DNA of 64,000 bases from Glaucostegus cemiculus (Eukaryota), in the NCBI GenBank assembly GCA_976551045.1, contig CDPCPM010000077.1:558001-622000 (forward strand). The letters run 5' to 3'. Shown here piece after piece: positions 12,538-24,320 of this stretch. Each line of letters begins with the position of its first letter. The first letter of the stretch is position 1. A model generated the notes under the pieces. The model saw nothing but the letters and a program-made list of their open reading frames with translations, was not told the origin of the DNA and ran no database searches. A program made the translations under genes and the position numbers.

Positions 12538-12790
12538 AGACACAAGAGACTGCAGGTGCTAGAATCTGGAGCTAAAAACAAACTGCTGGAACAACTAAGC
12601 AGGTCAGGCAGCATCTGTGGAGAGAAATAGACAGGTGACATTTCAGGCCGAGACACTTCATCTGTGCTGAATTTATTAACCTGGCTAAGAAATCATTCTG
12701 ATGAAAGTCCATTGAACTGAAGCATTAGCTCTGTTTCTCTGCCTGTAGATGCTGCCTGACCTGCTGAGCATCCCTGGCATTTTCTGTTTT
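12538..12790. mobile_element. PLE-derived palindromic arrangement with short spacer
   Basis: Arm 12538-12665 and inverted arm 12698-12790; degenerate CTGATGA..GAAA cores on both strands. Confidence 0.7.
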
Positions 12791-12879
12791 AGAAGATCGG
12801 CTGAGCAGCTGGAGATGGGGAAATGTGGTAATGGGCAGCTATTCAAACCTTCATAACACCATAAGATTTAGAACAACTG

Positions 12880-15582
12880 GAGACAATTCTAAGTTCAAAC
12901 GGTCATTTGGAGAAAGGCCAGTTTCAATGGGATGTAAAGCTGTGTGGCCGAAGTAATTAGAATCAAAACTTGGCAGTCAAAGTTATATTTGAACAATGAG
13001 AGGCTTTTAAGGTGGCAATATTTTAGTGCTTGCTGAAGCACATTCGCAGGAGGAAGAAGGATAGAGTCACTTAAAGTGAATGACTGAAAAGACAGAGAGC
13101 AAACCAGAGAGGAAAAAAAGAGGATATGATAGATGCCATCACATACATGTTGCTGTTATATATCTTGACCACACACTTAGTTGGGAACAGCAGCTGAAAT
13201 ATGACAGCATAGTGGTTAAACTACTTTATGGGTGGACCAGATGTGTGGAGTATGGCAAATTTACACAGTTGTTTGAAGTTCAGAGGGGAAGTGAAAATAG
13301 AAATAAGAGAGATAAAGACCAAACATGAGGAAAGACTGGTAACAAATATAGAAAGGAATTCAAAAATATTCTTCGGGCACATGAACAGGAATGAGTCAGA
13401 GGAGAGCGGAGATGATTTGGGATCAAAAAGAAGAGGTCATAGCTCAGGTACCAAATGTCCATGGTCTTCACCAAGGGAGATGGTGCCACTGAAGTCGCAA
13501 TAAAGGAAGATATAACTATGATTCTGGATGGACTAAAAATTGATAAGAGGGGGTACGAGAAAAGCTAGCTGCATTTGAACTGGATAAATCACTTGTTCCA
13601 CTGGAGACGTGTTCTAGGTTGCTGGGGAAAATAAAGATGGGAACTGAATAATAATCCATAACCTTCCACACATCTATGGATTCAGGGTGGTGTCTAAGGA
13701 CTGGAAAATTGCAGAGAGAAAAGGGAACTCAGTATTTGCAGACCATTCAGTTTAATCTTAGTGTTTGGAAAAGGTCTGGAAATGATAATCAGGAATAGAA
13801 TTTCAGTCAAATTCTGGCAATCGGTCCTTGGACTGACTAGAGAACTTCAGTGTTCAGCCAGTGAGAAAGGAAAATACCTAACCATCTGAACTGAGTTTTT
13901 TGATGAATTATTCACAGAGATTCAATGAGAGAAATGCATCTGCTGTGACATGTAAAGAATTTCAAAAAGCAGTTAATAAGGTGCTATATATTAAACTTGA
14001 CATCAAGATTGAAGTCTGTGAAATAAAGTCTATAGCTGCAGGACCTCTGAAAGTGGGCAGAAAAGCATTGATAACTTCAAGGCTATGAAGTGGGAGCACA
14101 CAAGGACGCTGCATAAGTGACAGAAGGAGCAGACCATGACCCAAACTATCCAGCCATCCACCCTGTGAGCCACCAGCTGCCCCATCTGTGGAAGTGTCTG
14201 TGGTTCCATGTTAGTCTCAATCGCCACCTCAGAACCCACAAAACCAGAGTGAAAATTCATCATTCCTTGATCCCAAGGGACTACTTAAGAAGAAGCATCA
14301 GTGTGGACAGAAAACAGAGCAACTTACGGGAAACAGAGAGCAGTGGTCAGCAGTTCTTCAGACTAGAGGGAAGTGCACTGCAGAATTCCCAGGTTTCAGA
14401 AAGATTGTTGTAGACCTCTAGGAGAGTTAAAGAGTGTACAGCTGGAAATATAATGTGGAGAATGTGAACTGTTACATTTTGTTAAGAAGAGATAGAAAAG
14501 ATAATACAAATTAGATGGCGCAGTTCTGAAAAGTGTACAAGAACAGAGAAGTCTAGGATTTGTGTGCATTGTTTGCTAAAAGTAGCATGGCAAATTAAAA
14601 CAAATTTGTTCAAGAATATGTGGGATCTTGGTCTTCAGCCATAGAGAATGAGAAAGGAGTTCATTATAAACCTTTAGAAAACCTTGGTTTAGCCACAACT
14701 GGAGTATTATGTCCAGTTCTGGAACTGCACCTTGGGAAATATATGAAAGATGCCAATGATGCACAGACAGGCAGCATTGTAAGCAGTATAGTTGGGAACA
14801 TTACAGTGAAAGGGGATCTTGAAGGATTGAGTCAATGTAGGGAAATCTTTGGTCATCCACCTTGGATATAAAAAGAAACACTGATGTACCTTCGAAATAG
14901 TAAATCACTAGAAGCAATGGAGGACCAAAAGGACTAAAGGCTCCATTATAAACGCGTCATGAACAACTGCAGAAAATGATCAAAAAGGGCTAAAGGAACT
15001 CTGATATTTATCTTGAGAGGACAGGACTACAATACAGAAGGAGACAGAAATCATGTTAGAACCACTTAAAGCCCTGATTGGAACACACCTGGAATACTAT
15101 GACCAGCTCTAAACCCCACACTTTCAGAAGGAAATACTGACTATGGAGGGAATGCACTATAGATTTATCAGACTGAAACCTAGATTCCATAGGTTAAATC
15201 ACAAACAAACAGTGAGTTAGAAGGTTAAAAAAGGATTAAGCAAAGATTTGAAGAAATGAGGGAGGGTTGATGGGGAGGAGTTATTCCTGTTGGTAAAGGA
15301 GTTTAGAAGTTTGGGTACATCCACAAATTAGAGCCAGTCTCTTCAGGAGTGCTTTCCACACAAAGAGGGCAGTGAAAGTCTGGAACTCTGTTCCACAAAT
15401 GGCGATTGATTTTGAGACAATTGTTAATTTCAAATCCAAGACTGAAAGATTTTTAATAGTCAAAGATGTTAAAGGATATTGGGAAACTCTGGGTGGATAA
15501 TGTTAAACCACAGATCAGTCATAATTTCAACAAACTTAAGTGACAAGTAGCTTCTCTCTACTTCCATGTTCATCTGTTCCTA
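12880..15582 (+). mobile_element. Patchwork of old CR1 ORF2 fragments
   Basis: Degenerate motifs: NIERNSKIFF (13228 ORF), EFQKAVNKV (13900 ORF), GAGTATTATGTCCAGTTCTGG, GGAACTCTGTTCCACAAA; tail TGTTCCTATGTT. Confidence 0.7.
14085..14295 (+). mobile_element. RTE-clade LINE 3' end with frameshifted C2H2 finger
   Basis: Translates TSCPICGSVCGS / LNRHLRTHKT (CxxC...HxxxH across a 1-bp indel), followed by an AAGAAGAAG tail. Confidence 0.7.
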
Positions 15583-16031
15583 TGTTGCTTAATAAGAATA
15601 TTAAAGATGTCGGATCCGGTTATTTTCAAATCTGCAGGTTCTTTCAGGAGTCCAGGAATGAGCTGGAAACAACTTGGTGCTTCACAAGTGTTATTGGAAA
15701 TGTTTAAAACAAAGAAACAGTCACAGAGCACATGGCACTAGCTTTACTACTAGGAGATGAGCTGAGACAAAGGAAATAAAAATGAGCTAGGGCCAAGGCG
15801 GGGAGCAGAACAAGAGAGTAATTAACAAAAAGTGACACCTTTTATAACTGAGATAAGAGGTACTCGTTAGCTCACAATAGTCCAGTCAGGAAAAACCAAC
15901 CAATGAGAAAACACGTATTCACCTGACTGACAAACCAATAAGCTAGGGAGCGGCCATTCCTTGTGCAGCCACTTGAGGTGTATTAAACAGTATACATGTT
16001 AAAAAACTACTCAAAACAGTCAAATTCAACA
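15583..16031 (-). mobile_element. Endogenous retrovirus 3' LTR (449 bp)
   Basis: TGTTG...CAACA termini; minus-strand TATAAAA at 15840-15846; CCAAT boxes ~15900 and ~15935; AGTAAA at 15743-15748; PPT directly upstream. Confidence 0.8.
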
Positions 16032-16032
16032 A

Positions 16033-16047
16033 CCCCCCCCCCCCTTT
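16033..16047 (-). promoter_or_regulatory. Polypurine tract of the ERV
   Basis: Minus strand AAAGGGGGGGGGGGG one base before the LTR TG. Confidence 0.8.
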
Positions 16048-16172
16048 GATTCTAAATCACACACTTAGAATTATTACACCTGGAAATTCAGAGGCAGAAA
16101 GGCTTAAAATATGTACAAGAATATACACGTGTCCTTTGAAGCATTTGTAGCCTTATGTCATGGTTAGCCAGA

Positions 16173-16900
16173 TCAGTCTTGCATGAGTTTGAATAATTCT
16201 ATAATGATCGCCTTTAAACAGATAATTAAGATGTAGATTATGATAAGACATATCAGTATGAACATTATGACTTGTGCTATTGAATAACCTCATGTTCCGA
16301 GACTCGAATGAATCCAACCAAAAACATCCCATCCATCAGGTTGATGTATTTTAGTTACTTCCCTATGAATGTGATCAGCCAAATTAGTTATATCTTCGGA
16401 TTCGCCAAATCACCCCATGGTTTTTTACTTACACCTTTACAAAGTGCCATGGGGCCTTTATTCTGTGGCAATGATGCTATGTAAACTCCTTCAGTCTTTC
16501 TTTAATCTTGCATTCTTACTTGAGCATAATGTCACTATATGACTACTAGATTTACCTTAGTGGTTTCTGACTCTGGAACTTAGCCTGTTGAACTTGAAAT
16601 TAAGTCCATTGTTGTATTTTACTAATAGAGCCACTTGGAACAAAGAGTTTTGTTTACATCTTCTGTCAAAAAAGGAATTATATTTACTGCCTCCCCTCAT
16701 GATGTTCTTAAGAATTGGAAAGCAGTGTAATACAGAATGGGAGAGGATCCAGCTCCATCTCACACTGGTATGCCATAACATTGAGTAATAATATGCCACC
16801 ATTGAGTAATAATATGCATAAGTTAAATTTATTCAATCTGTCTCTTGGTGTATTTCTAGTAATCTTCAAAACGTAATCGGATTTCAACAGGAACATACAA
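16173..16900 (-). pseudogene. env: Retroviral env remnant, internally deleted (possible signal peptide and SU pieces, TM C-terminal ectodomain and membrane anchor)
   Basis: 16406-16173 translates GESEDITNLADHIHREVTKIHQPDGWDVFGWIHSSLGT*GYSIAQVIMFILICLIIIYILIICLKAIIIELFKLMQD*; hydrophobic LCILLLNGGILLLNVMA in ORF 16708-16896; sits just upstream of PPT and LTR. Confidence 0.7.
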
Positions 16901-17934
16901 CATCATTGCTGCAGTTCCAAGTGTGATACTCTAAGTATTGAAATAGACTGCAAAAACATTTTCATTGACTCCTAGCCACTTAATATATTTGTATTTGGTT
17001 CAACATTGGCTGTCAGTTGTAGTATAGAACTTTCTCATTATACTAGCTCATCACACACCATGGGTCAATCCCCTAATCTGTATTCATAACATACTTGGAA
17101 TTCTGGTGCCTGAATTTGTGTATCTGGAATTTAAATCCAGAAAATCTCCTGTGGTGAGATGAATGCCCATGTTACCTGCTGTGTGCTGAGTTGCATGTGT
17201 GAACTTTTATCTCCATAGCATTATTTGCTGTTATTTATTTTCAGTTCTGCATTTGCCTTATAATGTTTCAAATCACTTTAATAGGCTTCCATAAAAAAAG
17301 TACATTGCAGGCAATACTGTTGAACTAAATATCTATTTGGCCCGTGCTGTGCTAACTCGTTCAGCCAGAATAACAAGTAGATTCCAATCACTCTCAGTGC
17401 CTTTAGCAAGAAAGAGAGATTAAATAATCTTGGGGTCCTGGTCTTGGTGGCAAACTATTAAACTTGTTTTGAAAGTGAATATTTTTTTAATGTCAATACT
17501 GAGCCTTGCTCTCAAACAAGCAATGGTGAGGAGCTGGATATTAAGTCAACTTGGAGGTTAACTCATTAAATCACTAAATTAAATTGAATTGACATTTGAA
17601 AATGAATGCACTACAACACTTCCATGGTCGATGTATTTTTCGTTCAAAGTATCAGACACTGCACGTGCATCGATATGGTGCGTTAGCATTTTCTGAATCA
17701 ACATTTTGTTGCTGGTTGCTCTTGTTCAGCACAAGAGGGTTACAATAGCCTTAACAATGTTTCCCAAAGTGTAACTGCCATCTATTATTCTGAACCCTGG
17801 AAATAATTCTTTGCATTAAATGGTTCGGGATTTAACACACATGTCCTCTAGCTTTCTTGAAATTTAGGCCCATTCAAAAATAAGTAGATTAATGCCTCTG
17901 TTAAAACACAAAATGGGTATTGGATATTTTAAAT

Positions 17935-18950
17935 AGGAACATAAGTAGTAAAATCAGGGGTCAGCCATTGAGATTTCTGTGCCTGCTCTGGCATTCAATA
18001 AGCACATGGCGATGTTTGTTTCAATGCCACTTTTCTGCATTCACCTCAGATCCCTTGATTTATTTAATATCTAAAAATCTAGCATTCTCTGTTTTCAATA
18101 TATTTGATGTCTGGATAGGAAAAACGCAGATATTCACCACCGTCTGGGTGTCTTCTCAACTCACCCCTGAATGTCCAACCCTAACTTTGAAGCATTAACT
18201 CCTGGGACTGGACGGTTCAGCCAGGGGAAGCTTCAACTCCGCCTGTACCCTGCCAACCCTTTAACATGTTTGTACTTTTCAATGGGACCTCTCATTCTTC
18301 TAAATTCTAGAGAGGTTAGGCCCTGGTCACTTAACTTCATGCCCCATTCCTGGGATCAGTTTGGTGAACCTTTGCAGCACTCCCTCTATCACTATATCCC
18401 TCCTTAGGTTAAAAAAAAGTACAAAATTGTACACTGTGTTCCAGATGCAGTCTCACCAGGACTCTAAGTAATTGAAAAAATTCATCTCTATTTTTGTGCT
18501 CAAATCCTTTTGAACTAAAGGACAACATACTGTTTGTCCTTGCTGAACTTTCAGTGACTCATGTACAAGAACATACAGGTTGTTCTAAACCGCAACACAT
18601 TTCAAGCTCTCACTGCTTCAAAAGTACTCTGCCTTTCTACTTGTTATACCATAATTGATGACTTCACATTTTGCCACATTATATTTCACTGCTGTATCTT
18701 TGCCCATTCCCTTAGGTTGTCTATATCTCCTCCCCCACCACCCCCATCCTTCTTTACATCCTCCTCATGGTCCACACTGCCACCTGGTTTTGTATCAACA
18801 CACTTAGATATATTACACTTGATCTCCTCATCCAAATCATCGATAGATATTGTGAACAGTTGGAGCCCCAGAGCTGAATCCTGTGGGACCCCACTCGTCA
18901 CTGCTTCTCAATCTGAAAATGATCTATTTATTCCTACTTTTCGTTTAATG
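17935..18950 (-). mobile_element. CR1 ORF2 RT fragment through 3' end
   Basis: ORF 18686-18901: TSGVPQDSALGLQLFTISIDDLDE...DTKPGG. Confidence 0.85.
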
Positions 18951-20402
18951 ACTAATATCATTACAATATCTATGGATTAAATTCACAGATATCGATCCCA
19001 TTTGGCTGTAGCAGTTCAAAAATAATCACACTACCCTGCTGTCACCAGTCTCTATAACTTTGTCACATGTTTATCTCTTCCTCCCTTCAGGACAGTTGTT
19101 GCTATGACAACCATATCCTCAAACAAATCCTGTTCTCTAATGAAAACCTAAAACTTCAGATGCTGGGAAACAGAAATAAAAATTGAAATGCTGGAAAAAC
19201 TCAGCAGTTCTAACATCCTTTTGAAGCAAATGGGATTTCTCCATTCCACTGTCCCCTAGTGTAAAATAAAAAATGTTGGTACATATGTGGGCCAACTTTA
19301 TTTTTTGTTTTGATTAATATCTGGAAAAACAATGACCATTTTCCATATTTTCCTTGGAATAACAAGCACAAAGGATTTTCTATTGGCATCTTCTTCCCAT
19401 GAGACTTAAATTGTTCATTTAATCTTTCCAGTGGCCATCATTTTAGATCACAAAAAAACTTTCATGTACTGCTTCATCTACAGTACATCACAGAGCATCA
19501 GTCTCTTATTGTGTTATGCTTAGGGATGTAAATCAAGTAAGGCACATTAAACAAGACTGTTTACCACCTTTTGATTTCTGCTCTTCTACAGATGTCATGA
19601 TCTAGCAGTTCTAAGTGAAACCACATCTGCAGCATGGGAGGAACCTACAATCTGCTTCACTCCACCATGCTGAGTTAAAATCACTTACCACAATAAAGTT
19701 ACCCAATATCATTTTTAATGCTCAGCATGCCAAAGTAATACAGTAATGAGAGTCAGACCAACATTGGCTATGTTTGGCTATATTGGAGTTCACTGAGTAT
19801 TACTGTAGCAATAGACCAAGTAATTAAATTACTCTTTGGTACCACAAGTATCAGCTGGTTTATTATTGTCACATGTACCAAGTGGTTTACATCCATAAAT
19901 TTAGCATTGAATTTGCAGTATAACCAATATCCACCAAATTATCCAGGGGCCTGTTTAGCTGAACATTCCAAACCAAGAAAAACACATATGCTTTGCCTAT
20001 ATAAACTCACCGCAAATTGTATAAATTTCCACCTCAACGTACATTACTATATTAAAGAGGTGCTATCTAAATGCCAGCAGTGTTTATATTGGACAGTTAT
20101 AGCCAATCTGTGGCTAGGACACTGATGATCAAGAAGTAGATAGCTGTTGCTCTTCACGTCCATTTTGTCAGCATGTCTATTGCCCAAAAATCGCACTGCT
20201 TTCATTTTCCGAGGCTTGCCACCAGGTTGCGATTTCATCTGTTATTTTCAAACTTATGGCCTTCACAGTAATTCACAAATTCTTTGCACCAAAACAGAAA
20301 ATGCTGTAAATACTCAGCAGAGCAGGCAGCAATTATGGAATGAGATCAGGGTTATTGTTTCAGATTAATGAATTTTCATTGGAAAGCGACAAACAAAAAA
20401 TG

Positions 20403-20708
20403 TAAGATGAGACAAGATATTTTTATTAGTCACGTGTACATCGAAACACACAGTGAAATGTATCTTTTGCATAGTGTGTTCTGGGGGCAGCCCGCAAGTG
20501 TCACCACACTTCTGGCACCAACATGGCATGCCCACAACTTCCAAACCTGTACGTCTTTGGAATGCGGGATGAAACCGGAGCACCCGGAGGAAACATATGC
20601 AGACACGGGGAGAATGGAGAACGTACAAACTTCTTACAGACAGTGGTCAGAATTGAACCTGGATTGCTGGCGCTGTAAAGCATTACGCTAACCGCTACAC
20701 TACCGTGC
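20403..20708 (-). mobile_element. V-SINE, tail type B
   Basis: Antisense copy of 1232-1519; CpGs partly retained. Confidence 0.85.
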
Positions 20709-20967
20709 TGTATGTTGGGCATCTGAAATAAAACCAGCATGTTGGAAATAATCAGCAAGTAAGGCAGCATCTGTAAACAGAGAAACAGAGCTAACATTTC
20801 GGGATGATTTTTCTTGAGAACTGAGGAAAGTAAGAGAGCAGGCAGATTTACAGGGGAGAGGGGGAGGCAGAGAGACCAAAGGGAATGTCTGTGATTGGTT
20901 GGAGCCAGGAGACACTGAAGGACAGAAGGGTCAGCAGTGCCAGCTGAAAAAGTATGGTAAAGTCTTC

Positions 20968-22318
20968 TTATAGAGTCAGTGTCATATAGCATGGAAACAG
21001 GCCCTTTGGCCCAGCCAACCCATGCTGACCAAGCTGCCCAAACAAGCTAATCACACATGCCAGCATTTGCCCACATCATTCTAAACCTTTCCTATCCAAG
21101 TACCTGTCCAACTGTCTTTTAAAAGTTGTCACTGTACCTGCCTCAACCTCTCCCTTTGGCAGCTCATTCCATATATGTACCACCTTGTATATGTGTAAAA
21201 AAAAATTTGCCCCTCAGACTCCCCTTTCCCTTCTCGTCATAAACCTATGCCCTCTAGTTCTTGATTCCCCAGCCCTGGGAAAAAGACAGTGCATTCACCC
21301 TATCTATGCCCCTCATGATTTTATACACCTCTGTAAGATCACCTCTCAGTCTCCTGTGTTCCAGGGAAAATGTCCTAGTCTGTCCAACCTCTCCCTATAA
21401 CTCAGTTCCTCAAATCCTGGCAACATCCTTGTAAATTTCTTCTGCACTCCTTCCAGTTTAGTAATATTTTTCCAATATCAAGTTGACCAAAACTGAACGT
21501 AATACTCCAAGAGCAACCTCACCAACGTCTTATACAACAGCAATATAACCTCCCAATTTCTAAACTCAGGGCCCTGACTGACGAAGACTATTGTGCCAAA
21601 AGTATTCTTCACCACCCTGTGTACCTGTGACTCCACTTTCAGGAAATCATGTTCCTGAACTCCAAGGTCCCTGTTATGAGAAAGGTTCTTTTGATATCTT
21701 AAAGATAAAGGTATCTGGACACACAGTCTTTGTACTGATTTTATTCACAAAGACCAAAGTGGGAATAGAATGTAAAGGTACAAATGCACCCTCGCACACT
21801 CACACTAGAGTGATCGCAAAACATGGGGGGAGTCACAACAGGGGTGAGGTGCACACACGCTCGTACACACACACAACAAACTAGTACAACGATCAGTGAA
21901 TGAACGAATACGTTGTCTAGACCCCCTAAATTGGGGCAAACAACAGCTCTACATTATTGGGAATCTACTCAGGATCCTCCTAGACCCCTGTGGAAGTGCC
22001 CCTCTCACCTGTGGTCTCGACCCCAGCAGCAATCGGAAAAGAGGATGAAAGCCCATGTGTACCACCTTTTATAGGTCTGTAGCTGGGTGGAGCCCGCTCA
22101 GGTGAAACAAGCCAATGATTCAGGGTCAAGAACAAAGGTGGGTTACGAGCCAATCCTCAGGTGTGCTCTTTAATGGGTGGGGCAGAGCCAAACCCTTGAT
22201 TGACAGTGATGTAGCCTCCAACCTGATAGGCAATGCTGTCATTCGACCATGGGGGTCAGTAGTGTTGTCACTGTTATCTGACCTCTGGCCTTTCATACTA
22301 CAGTCCCTCTGTTCTTAT
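20968..22318 (-). mobile_element. CR1 3' fragment interrupted by a solo LTR
   Basis: CR1 3' UTR at 20968-21100 and antisense ORF2 to 21671; resumes as GTCCCTCTGTTC at 22303. Confidence 0.85.
21672..22302 (-). mobile_element. Solo LTR (631 bp) with 5-bp TSD
   Basis: Minus strand TGTAGT...ATAACA; TSD GTCCC at 21667-21671 and 22303-22307; TATAAAA 22067-22073; AATAAA 21740-21745; CCAAT boxes ~22112 and ~22151. Confidence 0.9.
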
Positions 22319-22429
22319 TCACAGATAATTTGTCTGGAAGAGGAGTAAATAGGAGAAGTGAAATGGAAACAAAGGCCGTGAGAGAGAGAAAGGTTAAAGA
22401 AGCTTCTAGAACTATTAGAAACAAACTGA

Positions 22430-22755
22430 AGATGCAAAACACCGCAGGTGTTGCAAATCAGAAATAAACAGAATTCTGCAAACTCAGCAGGTCAGGCAGC
22501 ATCTGTGGAGAGAGGAACGTGGTTAATATTGCAAGTATTGTCCTTTCATCGGGATTTGCCCATTTTGATACAGATTGAAAAGGTTGGTAATATGAAATAA
22601 TTGAATTCACTGCTATGTACTGAGGGCTGTATTATGCTAAGTGGAAGATAGCATGCTGACCTGAGTTTGAACATTACGGGAGTTCAAAGGCAGAGAGTTT
22701 AGACTACGAGTGGGATGGAGAAGTAAAGTGACAAGCAAATGGAAACTCAGAATCC
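22430..22755 (-). mobile_element. Old PLE remnant
   Basis: CTCAGCAGGTCAGGCAGCATCTGTGGAG arm plus degenerate sequence resembling the GIY-YIG tail at 44240-44420. Confidence 0.5.
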
Positions 22756-23454
22756 CTGTCCTCAGGACTAGTTTTGAATTCTACTTTTCACATTGATGTA
22801 CAATTCATCACTTCTGTTTTGCTCTGGTAACATTTCATTATACCTGAAGGACAAGGGTTCTGGAGCACACAAAGAAATGTTTGCATTATAAGTCAGCTTT
22901 ATGTTAGCTAAAGGGAAGTAGAAGAAAAATAACTGCATCAATTTTGAACTTTGAAAGTTCTCTTTTTATCTCCAGACAGTTTTGTGGTTAATGGCTGCAT
23001 TGAAGAATTAAATTAAATACTCTGAAAATAGCCCAATTACATTGTTTTGAAGTTGTTGTTACTTTCGTCTTGTCAATTGATAACATTTTCCACTGGCAGT
23101 TCACCTGTTTTGTGAGCTCAATTCGAACGTTTTTTACAGCAACAGAAACCTTTTGTTTGTCGTTTGTGAATTGGTGAGACTGGAAATCAATTGTCCCAGA
23201 ACTGCATGCAACTTTGTCATTTATAAACAAAGGGAAACAAGACTGTAAATGGGTGAAAGCATTTCACAATCTCAAAAAGTCATAAAGCATTTAAGAGCCA
23301 ATAGAGGTAGTATTGAAGAGACACAGGAAACTGCTGATGCTGAAACCTGGAGCAAAAATAAAACTGTTGGAGGAACTCAGTGGGTCAGGCAGGATCTAGG
23401 GAGGGAGATGGACAGTCGATGGTCCAGGCGAGATCCTTCATCTGGACATCAAAG

Positions 23455-24320
23455 GTGGTATTATGGTTATTACTAGTGTCTAGAAGTCTGAACTGTGGGT
23501 CCTTAATCAGGAGATCAAATCCCACCTTGGTTGCTGGGAAATTTTGATTCTGGTAATTAGAGAAATTGACATTTATTGGCAATACCATGTAAGTTTTGTT
23601 TATTTAAGGTTGAATGTGGTTGCAACGCTATAGGCAGACTGGAGATGACTATGTAACTCCCATGTCCATTAAGTTATGGTGAGCATACTTCTGAGAGTGA
23701 TTCTACACATATTATTTATATGTAACAAGAAGTTGGGTGGGAGGGTTGGAGTCATAAGACTCAAAGCAAACAGTTTATAATATAGCAGACAAAGCAAATT
23801 TACTCAAAAACCTGATGCTGTTAAAGACTGGAGAAAACTGTAACCTGGGGGTATTTTCTTATTGGGAGTAATTTCTCCCAATAAAAGCAGGTTTATTTTG
23901 CCAACAAACAAAGGTAATTTTTGTTACATATAAATAATATGTGTAGAATCACTCTCAGAAGTATGCTCACCATAACTTAATGGACATGGGAGTTACATAG
24001 TCATCTCCAGTCTGCCTATAGCGTTGCAACCACATTCAACCTTAAATAAACAAAACTTGCTGGAATTAGATGACAGCCATGAAAATTCCTGATTGTTGTA
24101 AAATCCCTCCTAGTTCAGTAATATCCTTCAGTGAAGGAAATCTGCCTTCCTTACCCAGATTGGCCAAAGTAAGTAAATGAGTGTCCACCAATGTGGTCAA
24201 CTCCTAGCTCTCCTCTGAAATGGCCAAGCAAGCCCTTCATTTCAAGACTATTAAGGAGAGGGCAACAAATCCTGGCCTTACCAAGGACATCAAAATACTT
24301 TGTATAAATTAAAAAATAAA
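23455..24320 (+). mobile_element. Old chondrichthyan-type SINE interrupted by an inverted-repeat insert
   Basis: Head GATCAAATCCCACC; body GAAGGAAATCTGCCTTCCTTACC; tail GGGCAACAAATCCTGGCCTT resembling the LINE 3' end at ~42540-42610; related copy at 47450-48310. Confidence 0.65.
23591..24058. repeat. Perfect 138-bp inverted repeat with 192-bp spacer
   Basis: 23591-23728 is the exact reverse complement of 23921-24058. Confidence 0.97.
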
